A model generated the notes under the pieces. It was not told where the DNA came from. It searched no databases and saw only the letters and a program-made list of their open reading frames with translations. The translations under genes were made by a program, and so were the position numbers. Below are positions 1 to 13,070 of a stretch of DNA of 64,000 nucleotides, piece after piece; within the stretch, counting starts at the first letter, position 1, and every line of letters starts with the position of its first letter. Source of the DNA: the human T2T-CHM13v2.0 reference genome, Homo sapiens; the NCBI RefSeq assembly GCF_009914755.1, contig NC_060930.1. One strand, given 5' to 3'.

Positions 1-289
1 TTTTGTGAACATCTCCATTCTCAGGCTCTTTCTCCCTTTAGGTAGGGCTGATCTCCAGCAGGTCTGCTCTGGTAGAGCCTAATCAGGTATATGCCGATGC
101 CATACCTGACTGGGTAATGTTTATATAATACTTGTTGCTACATGTTTTCGTTATCATTTCTACCTTCAAGTATTCAGATAACATTCTGAACCCATTTGAA
201 CTAAACTTTTTTAAATGACCTAATTGATACCTGTGTTTTGGACTAACTATTCTAATCTGTTATCTTTCTCTCTCTCTCTCTTTTTTTTT

Positions 290-492
290 TTGGTATTGCC
301 CAATCTTTCTAAATCACTCCTTGTACTATGTCTTCCATGTCTCTGAGTGACTAGAGAGACCAGAGCTTGTAACTGAACATGGCACATGAATAAGGGGGAA
401 AAATCCAAAACAGGCATTGGTTGTGTTGTTACTGAGGCTTCAGGATGGGTTTGTTACTGCACTGCATAATCTAGCTTATACTGATTGATACA
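290..492 (+). mobile_element. MaLR LTR 3' part (MLT1-like)
   Basis: Ends in TTTGTTACTGCA...CTGATTGATACA, the typical MLT1 3' terminus; left boundary approximate. Confidence 0.55.
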
Positions 493-769
493 TTCACTTT
501 AAGCTAACGTTGTATAATGTGTATTATAAGTCTGGACCTACAGCCTTCAGTTTTATTCACAAAGAACTATCCATAGAATTAGTACCATATATGATTCTGT
601 ATGCATATTATAGATAAACCCTAGATCAGATAATAGAGTTTCCCCAATTGTGCATTTAATAATTAAATGAATGTTTGTGGACTAAATGAATGAATGAATG
701 AAAATGACAATAAAATGGTACCAGGAATCTCTGAAATCTAGCAAAATTATTTATAGAATCCTCCCAGCA

Positions 770-915
770 TTTTGTAATTGGAAGGGACTCTAAACACAGC
801 TACTCCAGTCTCCCATGACATCCCTTCCATGGGTGTATCCAACCTCCCCAAATATTTCCAGTGTCAAGGAGCTCACCACCTTATAGGATAGCCTTGTTTT
901 GCATGTGGTGAGTTC
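770..915 (+). mobile_element. CR1/L3 relic
   Basis: TTGGAAGGGAC...TTCCAGTGTCAAGGAGCTCACCACC resembles the L3 3' region. Confidence 0.5.
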
Positions 916-1659
916 TGACCCTAACACACATGTGTTTAACTCCTGTAATCTTTGTCTCCACTTAAATGGAATCCCCTGAGAGAATTAACGAATATTTTGT
1001 GTTGAGTTTTATACTCAATGGTGTAGCCAGTTTCCTTTCTTTAGCAACCCAGGGTCCCACACTGAGGCATGATTGGTCTCTCTCAGCACTGTGGTTCCCC
1101 ATTAGAACTTCCACTTCTCACCTTCTCCAGCCTCTAGTCAAATACACATGTCTGGAGTTATATTTGAAATAACTGTAATAAACGATCTGAACACTTTAAC
1201 ATAGGCTTCTTGGGGAAATGTCTAACCGAGGGAAGTTTTTACTGATATGGACCTACATACCTTAACAGGTAAGAGAGAAAGATACTCGGGGCCAGACAGA
1301 CCCTGTTTGGAGCTCTAATCTTACTATGCAGGCAGCTCTGTGTTGTACATTTGTATAGAGTTTGTTTTCTTTATCTTACTTTGTCCTGACCTTTCACTAG
1401 GTGGAAGATTAGAGCATTTTACTCCCTTGCTTAGCTCCAAATTCTCAGGCATTTATTTTTGAATGTATTTAAACCTCTAGCTAGAGCTTTCAAAAAGTTC
1501 TTTCTCCCTATTAAATATTAAGACCATAAAACAGAAAATGAGTTTTCTTAGATTTGAGAAGTGCACAATTGGTACATCTTAAAACAGCGCGTGCGTGCAT
1601 GTGCACGTGTGTGATGGGGGTTGTGTGTTTTCTGTGAGCAACAGTTGTAATGGAGGTTC

Positions 1660-1835
1660 AGTGGGAAGAGTCTGAGCATTGGAGTCACAAGGCCCAAGGT
1701 TTGAATCCTAGCATATGAACCTTTGAGGAAGTCACTACTTTGAGTTTCGGTTTCTTCATCTGTAAAGTGGGTCTAATGATATCACATTCTAGGATGGTTT
1801 TGAAACTCAAATATTCCTGGCACAAGAGGAGCACA
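1660..1835 (+). mobile_element. MIR SINE
   Basis: GGAGTCAC...GGTTTGAATCCTAGC...GTTTCTTCATCTGTAAAGTGGG core. Confidence 0.75.
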
Positions 1836-2677
1836 AAGTCAATATTTATTTCCTCTTTCTATCCAAGAGGAACTTTTGTGGGAAAACTTTCTCATTATAA
1901 ATCGCTAATTTTCTTTAAAAATAGATCTTCATTGTTCAATGAAGCTAAGAAGAAGAGTAAACACATACTTAGCCCGAGATAAGTATATAACACATATGCA
2001 GATCTGGAAAGGGCTTTCTGTCAAAAACCATCCTAAATTAGCGTGGTTAAGCCCTTGTGTTGTTAACAAGTAGAATGGTGACTATGCCTGTTCCATGCAC
2101 TTTGACACTACACTGCCCTGGTTTGACTCACAAGCATGACTCGACTTTGACTTAGGTATCTGATTGACTTTTGGAGGCAGGTCAGATTCATTTCAGCATC
2201 ACCCTTGAAACACTTTGCAGCCAGCTGAGTTCATTCCATGTGACCCTGAAAGCCACTGAAGTCACTGTAGCAGCCCCTGGGATCATCCTTTATCAAGAGA
2301 TTTGTATTCCAACGGGCAATTGTGGATTATCAGGCCAGTTCTATTGTAGACTTATTCCCTTTCCACCTACCTTTACTTATGCTGTTTATCTTACCTCTAA
2401 AATACACTTTTATCTTGACTTAACAGGAATAACCTTTTAAAAGCCTGTCTGAGATTTCTTTACCTCATTATAGACATGGCCATCTTCAAAATTACTCTTC
2501 TAGCCTGCAGATCTGTCTGCAGAAATTGGGTTGGGTTTGTGAGTTGATGTTCCATTTATTTGTGTCACTTCCTATTTTTTATTAGTCTTGTTTTCTTAAA
2601 TTCTGTACATTGGATAGTCCAGGAGGTAAAGGACCATTTATTTGATGCTTCTATAAGTTTCCTTGATGTTGAACACT

Positions 2678-2828
2678 ATATATACACACATATACATATA
2701 TATATAATGTATATATGTAGTACATACACACATATACATATATATAATGTATATATGTAGTACATACACACATATACATATATAACGTATATATGTAGTA
2801 CATACACACACATATATATACAACATAC
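2678..2828. repeat. TA/CA-rich minisatellite, about 40-bp unit, about 3.5 copies
   Basis: Unit TACATACACACATATACATATATATAATGTATATATGTAG (2721-2760) with near-identical neighbours. Confidence 0.9.
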
Positions 2829-2924
2829 GATATAAACAATAAGATTAATTTGCTGACTGATTCATATAGAATTATTTGCCAATTTCTTGTCTTCATTTAA
2901 AATCCTACCCAGGATTCCTTCATT

Positions 2925-3420
2925 TGTTCATTAATTAGTTAATTCATCCATTTGTTTATTCAATAAATAATTGTTATGCCCATTTAGTCCTAAGCAGTGA
3001 TCTAGACCCTTGGGGCAACATAAAGTGAATACTATAAATTCTTACCTCCAGAGGGTACAGTCTTGTTGGGAGAAGTGAACAATTGTGATAAGTAATACAA
3101 GGACCATGGCGGCATAAAGGGGCTAGTCATTAATGTGTAAAAAGGTCAGAGAAAAAGTCATAAAGAAGGTAGCACTAAGGAAGGGTCCTCATTTATGAAT
3201 GTGAATTTTTCATACAAGCAATATCAGGGGGTTGCACTTCAGGCAGAGAGAACAAAATATGCAGTAATAAAGTGTGTTCAACCATGGAGCACAGGAGCCA
3301 AGTAACAGTGGTGGGAAATAAGATTAGTGAGGTAGGCAGGGCCAGAACCATGAAGAATCCTGGAAGCCACACAGAGCAGCTGGGACTGACTGTTTTAAAC
3401 AGAAGCACGTTATCAATGAC
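2925..3420 (-). mobile_element. L2 LINE 3' part
   Basis: Starts with a degenerate (ATTC)n tail, followed by L2 antisense motifs. Confidence 0.65.
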
Positions 3421-3639
3421 TTGAGTAAGAGAGACAGCACTTGCTCTCCTCTTACTGGGTCACCTTTTGATCACTTGCATCATCAGCTGAATTAAACTTG
3501 TTCCAATATTAAGTTTGACGCTTGTGCACTGGCTGGGCAATCTACATGTTTTTCCTTTCCAGAGGAAAACTGTCTAATAGCTGGCCTGATGATAGCCTTT
3601 CAGGGGAACAGTCAGCATTGGAATAGGAAATTCTGTTTT

Positions 3640-3786
3640 ACATGTTCATTGTTTAAATCCCTCCACTAGACCCACAAGCTGCTGCAAGAGAGAAAGATCT
3701 TGTCTGTTTTGTTTACCCTTGTATCCCAGCATCTAGATTGGTGCTGGCTCACAAAAGAAACTAATATTTGTTGAGTAAATGAATGA
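3640..3786 (+). mobile_element. L2 3' end
   Basis: TCCACTAGAC...GTATCCCAGCATCTAG...ATTTGTTGAGTAAATGAATGA. Confidence 0.75.
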
Positions 3787-4153
3787 ATAATAACAGATCA
3801 TTTAAAAATGAGACAAAAACGTATAGACTGTAGGGAGAAATAGGTGAATCTACTGTTACAATTGGAGACTTTAACACCCTCCATTAAAAATGAACAGATC
3901 CAGCAGGCAGAAAATCAATAAGACACAGTTGAACTCAACGGCACCACCAATCAACAAGATATAATTGACAGCCATAGGCTACTTCATCCAACAAAAGCAG
4001 ATTACATATTCTTCTCAAGCTCACATGAAACATTTCCCAAGATAGACCACATCCTAAGCTATAAACTACACCTTAACAAATTTAAAAGAATAGAAGTCAT
4101 ACAATGTCAGCTCTCAGACTACAACGGAATTACACCAGAAACCACTAACAGGA
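3787..4153 (+). mobile_element. Old L1M internal ORF2 (endonuclease) fragment
   Basis: GGAGACTTTAACACCC, TTCTTCTCAAGCTCACATG and CCAAGATAGACCACATCCT match the EN region; flanked by a 13-bp direct repeat. Confidence 0.85.
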
Positions 4154-6984
4154 AGTAAATGAATGAGTTCAGGAGTAGACCTGAGTCAAGATCAGATAAT
4201 TTTGGAGAAGTACCTTTTTTTATCAAGCAGGAATTTGGGGTTGTTTGCTAGAAATGTCTTTGAATTACAGTTTCTCTTGAACAGGTAGCAAATCTGGTTT
4301 TGGTACTTTTTCAACACCCTGTTTAATTGCCAAATATAGGGTAGTTGGCAGTTTCTCATCTGTCTATAGGCCCTGTCTATGGGGAGTAAAAGAGGAAAGT
4401 CCCCAAGGAAGTTGGCCTTGGTATCTACTTCAACTATATTTCTTCTTCCCATACCTCCATTGATGGTCAAACTGGTGCTATGAGAGCAATTAAACTTAAG
4501 TGGCTGTTTCTGCCTCATTTTTCCCTGACACAAATATTTGTTCTTTTGTTATTTACCTTTTGTCCAAATGAACATTTTTAATTTCTTCAGATAATGCAAA
4601 TAGAGTCACTAGGTCCAAGACTGTAAGCCACAGAGGTTTCTCTCACCATAACTACTTTTAGAAGTAGTTAAGTAGACGTGATAACAAAATTGTAAAGATT
4701 GTTAAAAATATTTGAGTCAGATTGTAGTCGGAACTGCTAAACTGCTAACTGAACAGCTCGTCAGGAGTGAGAAGTGGGGGAAACAGAATAAATCCAGGTA
4801 TTAGAAGTCTTCATTGCCAGATGTCCCCTTTGTGACATGGAATAACTTTGAGTTACAAGAAAAGAATCTCTGCGAGCCTGGCTGTGGTTGTCCAAAACTT
4901 ACCTGAATTATTATTCCTTTTGCTTCTTCCTCACTCTGTCCCATACCCTATCCCACCCCCAGATGCCTGACTTTTCTGACCCCACTCTTGCCTCCCCAGT
5001 CTTTGTTTTTTATCTTTTCCCATTGTTGATTAACCTCAACTTCTTAAACCTCGTTTATGCCAACTTGGTCCCCAAATACCTATTTAGTCATCCAATGAAT
5101 ATTTGCCAATCCAGATTAGTCATTTTTTAAATTTGTCTACAAATTCTGTTCAATATCTGGTATAGTGGCACTCTATAAACCTGAAAACAAACAAATGAAA
5201 CACATAAAACCCCACAAATGCTTTGTATTATTGATTATAAAATTGATATAAGTTGATTATATCTGATGGGCTTTTGACTAGTCTTACAGAGGGTGCTGAC
5301 AGAGGGCCTGGCAGGAACGAGGGAAAGAGGTAATAATCAAAATCAGCCACATCATCTGAGAGTCCCTGATAGACTGCTGTTTGTTAATCTGAAGGCAATT
5401 AATCTAGATTCCCCATTCTCTTTTCTCTATGAACCATTTGACTCACCTTACTTTATACACATATTTTTATTCTAAGATTACTTTGTCAAAAGATAGATAC
5501 CCATGACTTCCTATTTGAATACTAATCTATTCTTAGTAACCTTGACATTAACAAAGATACTCTGAAGATTTTGCCATACTTGCTAGAATACTCTTAGCTT
5601 ATCTTAATATAATACCAACCTGTAAAATTGCCAATATATACCCCTTGATTTGTCATTTCAAAAGTGAGCAAATGTTTTGCTTCACCACCTGTTGCTGTCA
5701 ATCAAAGTCAGAGTTTTGAAAGAAGCATGATTGGCATAAAAATGCAGCCCATGACAAGATTTTATCTTTAGAACAAGTTTACCCTTCTGCAAGAATTTAC
5801 AACTGTGTGTGTTTTTAGTACCTTATTCTAATCAATTAAAGTAACCATTAAATAAAATTTTTCTTTCCATGCCATTATTCTTCCACATTATAGAAAATAT
5901 GGAGTTTACAAAGAAGAAGGGAGAGGAGGGGAAGGATGAAAAGGAGAAGACCATGATACGAATTTTTGATAATCCTACCACCTGGGAAACAATTGTTAAC
6001 ATTTGACTCATTACATTTCCGACATTTTCTTTATACATTTTCCCAAGCTCTGCCTCCCTATTAAATCAGATGTTCACTTTCCTGAGTGTCTTTGCGTATG
6101 GTTTTGTCTTATATTTTTCAGGAAGGCCTGAGAGTATGTGATGTAGCTCCTCTCTCCTTTCTACCCCGAACAGCTATGTATTAATATAGTGTTTTCATAT
6201 GCATCACTCCTCAAAGCCCTATAGCAGACTGACCTTCCACCTGTGGCAACAGTCCCATCCCTTGTGCTAGCTTTACTACCCTTTATCACCAGAGAAAGTG
6301 AGTGACAGCACCCTCTTTTTGCATCTTCTACCCCTAAACACTCTAATTTCCCTCTTTATAAAAGCACATCCTCACCCTAAAAACCAAACACACAAAAACA
6401 AAACAAGAGGAAGTATCCTTCGGGCTCCTCTTTCAAGTGGCTAATACTTCTAGGTCTTTCCACCACCCCTGCTTCCATACTTCTCAATTACTTCTAGCAA
6501 TTAGCTTCTACCATCACCCCTCTATGAGAAGTGTGTGTTCAAAAGATTCCAGTGATCTTTTCTCATCATCTTTTTCCTCCCACATAAGCACCTTTTCAAT
6601 GCTTTTTCTGCCTTGGGCTTCAAAGTGCCTGTATTCTCTTGACTCTTCAAATTATCTGAACTTTCCTTTTGTTGTCATTTTAGCATTCCTCTACTCATTC
6701 CTGCTCTCTGGTTGAATTCGTTTCCAAAAGTTTTGCATCTGCTGTATTCTCTCTATAAAAGTTTTTTTTGGTGAATTATATTTAATTACAATTCTTCTTT
6801 TCTCAGAAAGCAATGACCTCTCAAGTCTGTTTCTCCAGTTCTTGCCTCTCTTTTAAGTTCTTCTGTAAATCATAGAACATGATACACTTCTGCATGTATA
6901 GCAACTAACTTGTCAGTTGTCTAGATTTATCCTTCTTGTGAGTTTTTATACTCCTTGTTACCTTTACTATTAGTACTGCTAACA

Positions 6985-7190
6985 CCCTACCATTTACTAA
7001 GTAATTGATTTATGCTATCAGATGCCTTATAAACATTATTTCAATTATTCCTTGCAAAGTATGTAGTAAGAATTACCTCATTTTATACACAGGAAAGCAG
7101 AAGTTCAGTTAGTTCAGAAAACTTGTCCAAAATCACAACTAGTAGTAGAGCTGGGATTTCCATGTAGCTCTATCTGGGTTTAGAGTCTGG
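6985..7190 (-). mobile_element. MIR SINE
   Basis: CATTTACTAAG...CTCATTTTATAC...ACTTGTCCAAAATCACAACTAGT. Confidence 0.65.
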
Positions 7191-7254
7191 TTCAGTTGTC
7201 TATTGCTGCACGACAAGCTACCTGAAAACTTGGTGGCTTAAAAAAATGATTTGT

Positions 7255-10200
7255 ATGGAACTTCTAGAATGGCAGAATAAAGAGCTTAGAATGATAGTTA
7301 TAAAAATAATCATTTAAAGCATCTGGAAATTATTCCAAGGGCATATAGCAAATGGAGAAATCTTTATTAAAGAAACTCTACTAAAGCTCAGTAGGAATAA
7401 TGAGAGTCTGTGACATTTGAGCCATGACCTGTTTTCTTACCCCTCCCCAGTTCTTTTTTCTCCAAACTCTATCCCAGGGACTCTACTCCATACAGAAGTT
7501 ACCAAAAATACAGGGGCTCCCTCTCTGTATCCTCACTTCCAGTTTGAGGTAGTTTTCACCCTGATAAGGGTGAGCTGCTGGTGTTTCTCATATGCCAACC
7601 CAGCCCTATATTGCAGACACTCTAGTCCAGTCAAATGCACCCAAGAAGATGGACTCTCCTCTCCCCTATCCACTGATCACTTGTAAGGCAGAAGCTCTAC
7701 TCCATGTACAGCAAATCAAAAATACTAGGGCTCAAAATTGCTTCCAGCCCAGTTTGCATATAAGATTCCATGCCAAGGAAGGATGAGCCAAGAAGACAAA
7801 GGTCTGCCAGTGGCCACTTGTTCAGTGAGAGGGCCACTGTGGGAAAAGAAGATATTTACCACCAGCTTTAGTATAGTGGTACAGGAGTTCTGCCCAGAGG
7901 AAAAGAAAGGCTATATGGACAAAGATTCCTACAGTTCTGCCAAAAGGAATGACTTTTATTTAGAACAGAGCATGGAGAACTCCATGCCTAAGGGCAATGT
8001 CAAAAACAACAGAGATTTTGGTGGTGAGCAAATAAGAGGAGGCTGTTAGTTTCTTGATAAAATCAAAATGTCAGAGCACCATAAAATTTAAAGAGAGGAC
8101 CAGAGAATTTGAGTGACAGTAATGAAGAGCCCTTGTGGGTTCACATTCTAGTATGAGGCTTGGGAAGACTTTGTGCGTGTGATAGGGTGCACTCTCACAG
8201 GACCAATCCAGCAGGATGTAGTACACATTTTAAAACATTCCCCAGCCTCCACACAGACCCATTCACACAGGGTGGAAGCCTCATGGGTGTGAGGGGCTTA
8301 AACACAACTTCTGATTGAACACAGATCAAACAATAAACTACTGTGATATGACATGACTAATACAAAGTCAGATTTTTTTTAAATCACAGTAATTTCTGGC
8401 ACTTTGGAAGAATGTATGTATGCTCATGACTGCACATTCTCAAAAATTCTAAGGAAGAAAATGTTCAAGCTACTAATCTCTGGCTGAATAGGGAAAAATA
8501 TATAACTCCCTGAACTTTAATAGCAGCCTCCAAGCCATACACATACATAGTGGTAAAGGGTAAAATTCTAATTCGCTGAGGGGCGTAAGCATAATCACTT
8601 AACAATAAGTGGCTTATGCCAACTCAGGGGCAATCTCTAAGTAGCCAAGATAAAAGATAAAAATAAAAGAAAGAAAAGATCAGGAAAATAGGAAAATAAT
8701 AGGCTGCACAGAATTAGTTCAGCTAAGTTTTTAAACAAATAACCAAAATGACCAAGTGAATAATAATGACCCTGGTGGGGATGGGGAGACTCAGTATCCA
8801 GATTTATATCCAGTTTTCAATAAAAATTATGAGACATTCAAAGATGTAGTAAAGTGTCACCCATACTCAGGGAAAATAAACAACAGGTAATAGAAAGTAC
8901 TCTTAAGGGGCCCTAGATAGTGAACTTAGAAGATGAAGATTTCAAAGCAGCTGTTATAAATATGTTTGAAGAAACAAACAAGATCTTGATTAAAGAGCAA
9001 AAGGAAGGTATGATGATGTCTCATAAATAGAGAATAGCAATAAAAAGATAGAAATTATAAAAAGAACAAAATGAAAATTCTTGAGTTGAAAAGTAAAATA
9101 AAGTGAGTAATTTACTAGTGGGGCCTAACAACAGATTTGAGCTGGCAGAAGAAAGAATCAGCAAACTTAAAGGTAAGTCAACAGAGATTATGGAAGCTGA
9201 AACTGAGAGAAAAAAATGAATGAAAACAATGAACAGAACTCAGAAAATTGTGGAGCAACATTAAGCACACAAACATACATTTAATAGGAGTACCAGAAAC
9301 AGAGAGAGAGAAAGGGATAGAAACATTATTTAAAGGAATAATGGCTGAAAACTTCCAAAATTTGATGAAAAACACTGGTCTATACAACCAAGAAGATAAA
9401 TGAACTCTTAACAAGTTAAAAGCAAAGAGATCCACACACAGAAAAATCATAACAAAAATGTTTAAAATCAAAGATAAAAATAACATCTTAAAAGTAGCAA
9501 GAGAAAAACAATGCTTCACATATCAGAGAATGTCAGTGAGAATAAGAGCTGACTTCTCAATGAAAGCAACGCAGGCCAGAGGAAGTGAAATGACATATTC
9601 TAAGCATTGAAAGAAAAAGAATGCCAACTAAACATCTTATATCAAGCAAAAGGCCTTTAAAATAGAACAGTGAAATAAAAATATTCAAAGATAAACAATA
9701 CTAAGATAATTCATTGCTAGCAGACTTCCCTTACAAGAAATACTTACAGATGTTATTCAGGCTGAAAGCAAGTGACACCAGGCAGTAATATACACCTATA
9801 TGAAAAAACAAAGAGTGCTAATAAAAGTAATTATGTATGTAATTGTGAGAGACAACATAACTGCATATTTCATGTCTTCTTTTAACTGATTTAAATCATA
9901 ATTGCATTAAACAATATGCATATAATTTTATTGTTGGGCCAATAACATATAGAAATGTAATATACTTGACAATAACAACACAAAGGAGGCAGGTGGGAGC
10001 AAAGCTGTGTTGGAGCAAAGAAATGGTATTAGATGGTAACCAAAATCCACAGAAAGAAACAAAGAGAACCAGAAAGGGCAAATAAAAGTTAATATAGCAG
10101 ACTTTCTAAATACATACTTGTTCTTTCTGTCAGCTGCTTTAAAAGATGTAAGATTATATAAAGTAATAACTATATCAACATATTGCTGAGTTTATAAAAT

Positions 10201-11629
10201 GTAAACATAATAGGTATAAGAATGAATAGCTTAGAAAATGGAGGAGGAGGGAACATAGCTATATGAGAGTAAAGTTTCTATATTTCACTAGAACTAAGGC
10301 AGTATAAATCTGAAGCAGACTCTGATGAGCTAAGCTATATATTGTAAGCTGTAGTTCAAAATTTAAAACTTTTGTGCTTCTAACGAAACCATCTAGAGAA
10401 TGAAAAGGTAATCCATGGAATAGAAGAAAATATTTTCAAATTATATTTCTGATAAGAAACTTGTATTCAGACTATATAAAGAACTTTTACAACTCAACAA
10501 TACAGAAACAAATAGTCCAGCTGAAAAAAATGGGGAAAGTATCTGAATACATAATTCTTCAAAGAAAATATACAAATGGCTAATAAACATTGAGTAGATG
10601 CTCAATGTCAGTAGCCATTAGAAAAATGCAATTTGAAACCAAAATTAGATACCACTTCATACTCACTAAGATTACTATAATCAAAAGAACAAGTAAAAAA
10701 AATTGTTAACAAGGATATGGAGAAATTAGTACACTCATACATTGATGGGGGGAATATAAAATGGTAAAGCTACTTTAAGAAACTGGCATTTTTTCAAAAT
10801 GTTAAACATAAAGTTACCATATGATCCAACAATTCTACTCCTGGATATATACTCAAAATAAATTAAAATATTTGTCATGCAAAAGTTTGTACATGAATGT
10901 TCATAGAAGTATTTTTTATAATAGTAGAAAGGTGGAAACAATAAAAATGTCCATCAACTAATGAATGGCTAAATAAATTGTGGTCTATCTGTAGAATAGA
11001 GTATTATTAAGTATTAAAATAAAAGAAGTACTTATACTTGCTTCAACAAAAATGGATCTCAAGAACATAATATGCCAAGCATTTTGGCTGACACATATAA
11101 TCCCAGGGCTTTGGGAGGCTGAGGCAGGAGGATCACTTGAGGTCATTAGCTGAGCATGGTGGCACACACATATTGGCCTAGCTACTCAGGAAATTGAGGC
11201 AAGAGATTTTCTTGAGCCCAGGAGTTTGAGGCTTCAGTGAGCTATGATCGCAACACTGCACTCCAACCTGAGTGGCAGAGCAAGACTCTGTCTCAAAAAA
11301 AAAAAAAAAATTAAAACATTATGCTAAGTGATAGAAACCAGTCATAAATAACTAAATGTTACATAATTATTTTAAATTATATGTCCAGAATCTATTCAGA
11401 GTATATGTAGGTTAGTGGTTGCCAAGGGCTGGGGGATGGATAAAAATGGGGAGTGAGTGCTAATGTGCATGGAGTTTCTTTTTTGGAGAATAAAATTGTT
11501 GTTTTAAAATTAGATCGTGCTGATGGGTACATAACTCTGTGAATGTAATGGTTTACTAAAAACCATTTAATTATATATTTAGATGGGTGAATTGTGTGGT
11601 ATGTAAAATATACCTCAATAAGCTATTTT
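7255..11629 (+). mobile_element. Ancient L1M (L1MB-like 3' end): 5'UTR, decayed ORF1, most of ORF2 missing, 3'UTR
   Basis: ORF1-like sequence at about 8900-9800, jump to the ORF2 3' end near 10355, perfect TSD AAAATGATTTGT at 7243-7254 and 11630-11641. Confidence 0.85.
11074..11310 (+). mobile_element. AluJ with an internal deletion of about 60 bp
   Basis: AluJ-type GAGCTATGATCG; GGTCA joined directly to TTAGC at 11145/11146; poly(A) tail. Confidence 0.9.
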
Positions 11630-13070
11630 AAAATGATTTGTCATTGTATAAGATTCTATATGTTGGCTGGGTTCAGCTGAGTTTTTCTTCGGCTCCACAC
11701 AGCATCAACTGCAGTTCTTTATGTAGCTGCAGCCATGTGGGTGCTCAGGTTGGATTGGAGCATACAAGATGGCCATACACTGACTGACTGAAAGGGGTCC
11801 TGGTTGTTGGCCTAGCATCTCAGTTCTCCCCCACTTGACCTCTCTCCTTCCAGTAGCCTAGATCAGCTCCTCACAGAGTAGTGACTGGGTCCCAAAAGAG
11901 TGACTGTGGAAGCTTCCAGGCAGGTGCCCTTGAAGAGGCAGAGCATCACTCCTGCTATTTTCTAGTGCTCAAAACAAGTCCAACTGAAATTCAAGGGGAA
12001 GTGGAATAGATTTCATGTCTTGATGGGAGTAGCAGGATGTGTTTAAGAGATGGGAAGAACTGTTGGTGACCATCTTTGAGACAATCTCTCACAGAGCTCT
12101 TAACCACTCAGCAGCAACATGTGAAATCTATCAATGAAGATAGATAGACATCTTAGTGAATGCCAATATCAATAGATAACATTCCTAACTCAAAGGATTC
12201 TTATTCTGATAATTTTCTCAGCAATTTTGCAGCTAGACATCAGGTATCTAGGAAAAATTCTACTGCTCTGCAATCACATTAAGACATGGACATTTCTGTG
12301 AGCTGGTCTAAGACCTTTCCTAGGATCTTTCTATATTACTTGGGAAAGGAACTCTGTGCTATAGGATCTCAAACACTTATCAGAGAATAATATCATCTCA
12401 CATTGACAGAGGGAAGGGAGACACTCAAAAAGGGAGAAGGGGATAGTTGAGAAACCTCTGGTCCTTTGATATGAAACCATCAATCTCCTTTAGACTATCT
12501 GTAGTTAACACTGTGGTGCATCTCCCCAGATTCTCTCTTATTTCAGGGCATGCGTCATTTTCCCAGGTGCTGAGAATGTTGACTGCAGATGGTTCGCAGC
12601 TGCATTCCTCTCAAAGAATTTCCTCAGTTGAAGGTAACTCCCTCACTTTTCTTGCCACCCTGTCTCATGGTATTGAATCCCCCTCACTTGATGGTAGAAT
12701 AAAGGAAGAGAAGAGCAAGGAGTTCAGAATGACTGAAGGGATGTGTCAGTAGCTTGAACCATGACAAGCAGCTGAAGTATTATCCTCTAAGTCATTGAAA
12801 GCCACTGAGTGATTTTAAGCAGGGAAGTGGCAGGACCACACCCACCTTGTTGAAGGACCCTTATGGAGATGGTGTGGCATATGAACTGAGAGTAATGGTG
12901 GAGATAAAAGTGGGAGCAGCCAGAGTGAAAATGAATACCTAACCTACAACATTACCTATGAGGTAGATAGAAATATATGATTCAAATAGCATTTCTGAAC
13001 CAAAATGTAGAGGATTTAATAATCAATTGAATGGGCTGCAGAAAGTGGATAAATAGCAGATGATCTTGGA

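Larger units (their letters stand above)
7191..12093 (-). mobile_element. MLT1 LTR split by an L1M (pieces 7191-7254 and 11630-12093)
   Basis: TCTATTGCTGC...AAAACTTGGTGGCTTAAAA resumes after the L1 as GATTCTATATGTTGGCTGGGTTCAGCTG. Confidence 0.75.

Noticed and set aside
1205-1274. Plus-strand donor CAG|GTAAGA at 1268
   Set aside because: The upstream acceptor is weak, and isolated donors are common by chance.
2560-2896. Y/I/M/C-rich ORFs and a CRISPR-like periodic appearance
   Set aside because: Low-complexity tandem repeat with no unique spacers, in eukaryotic DNA.
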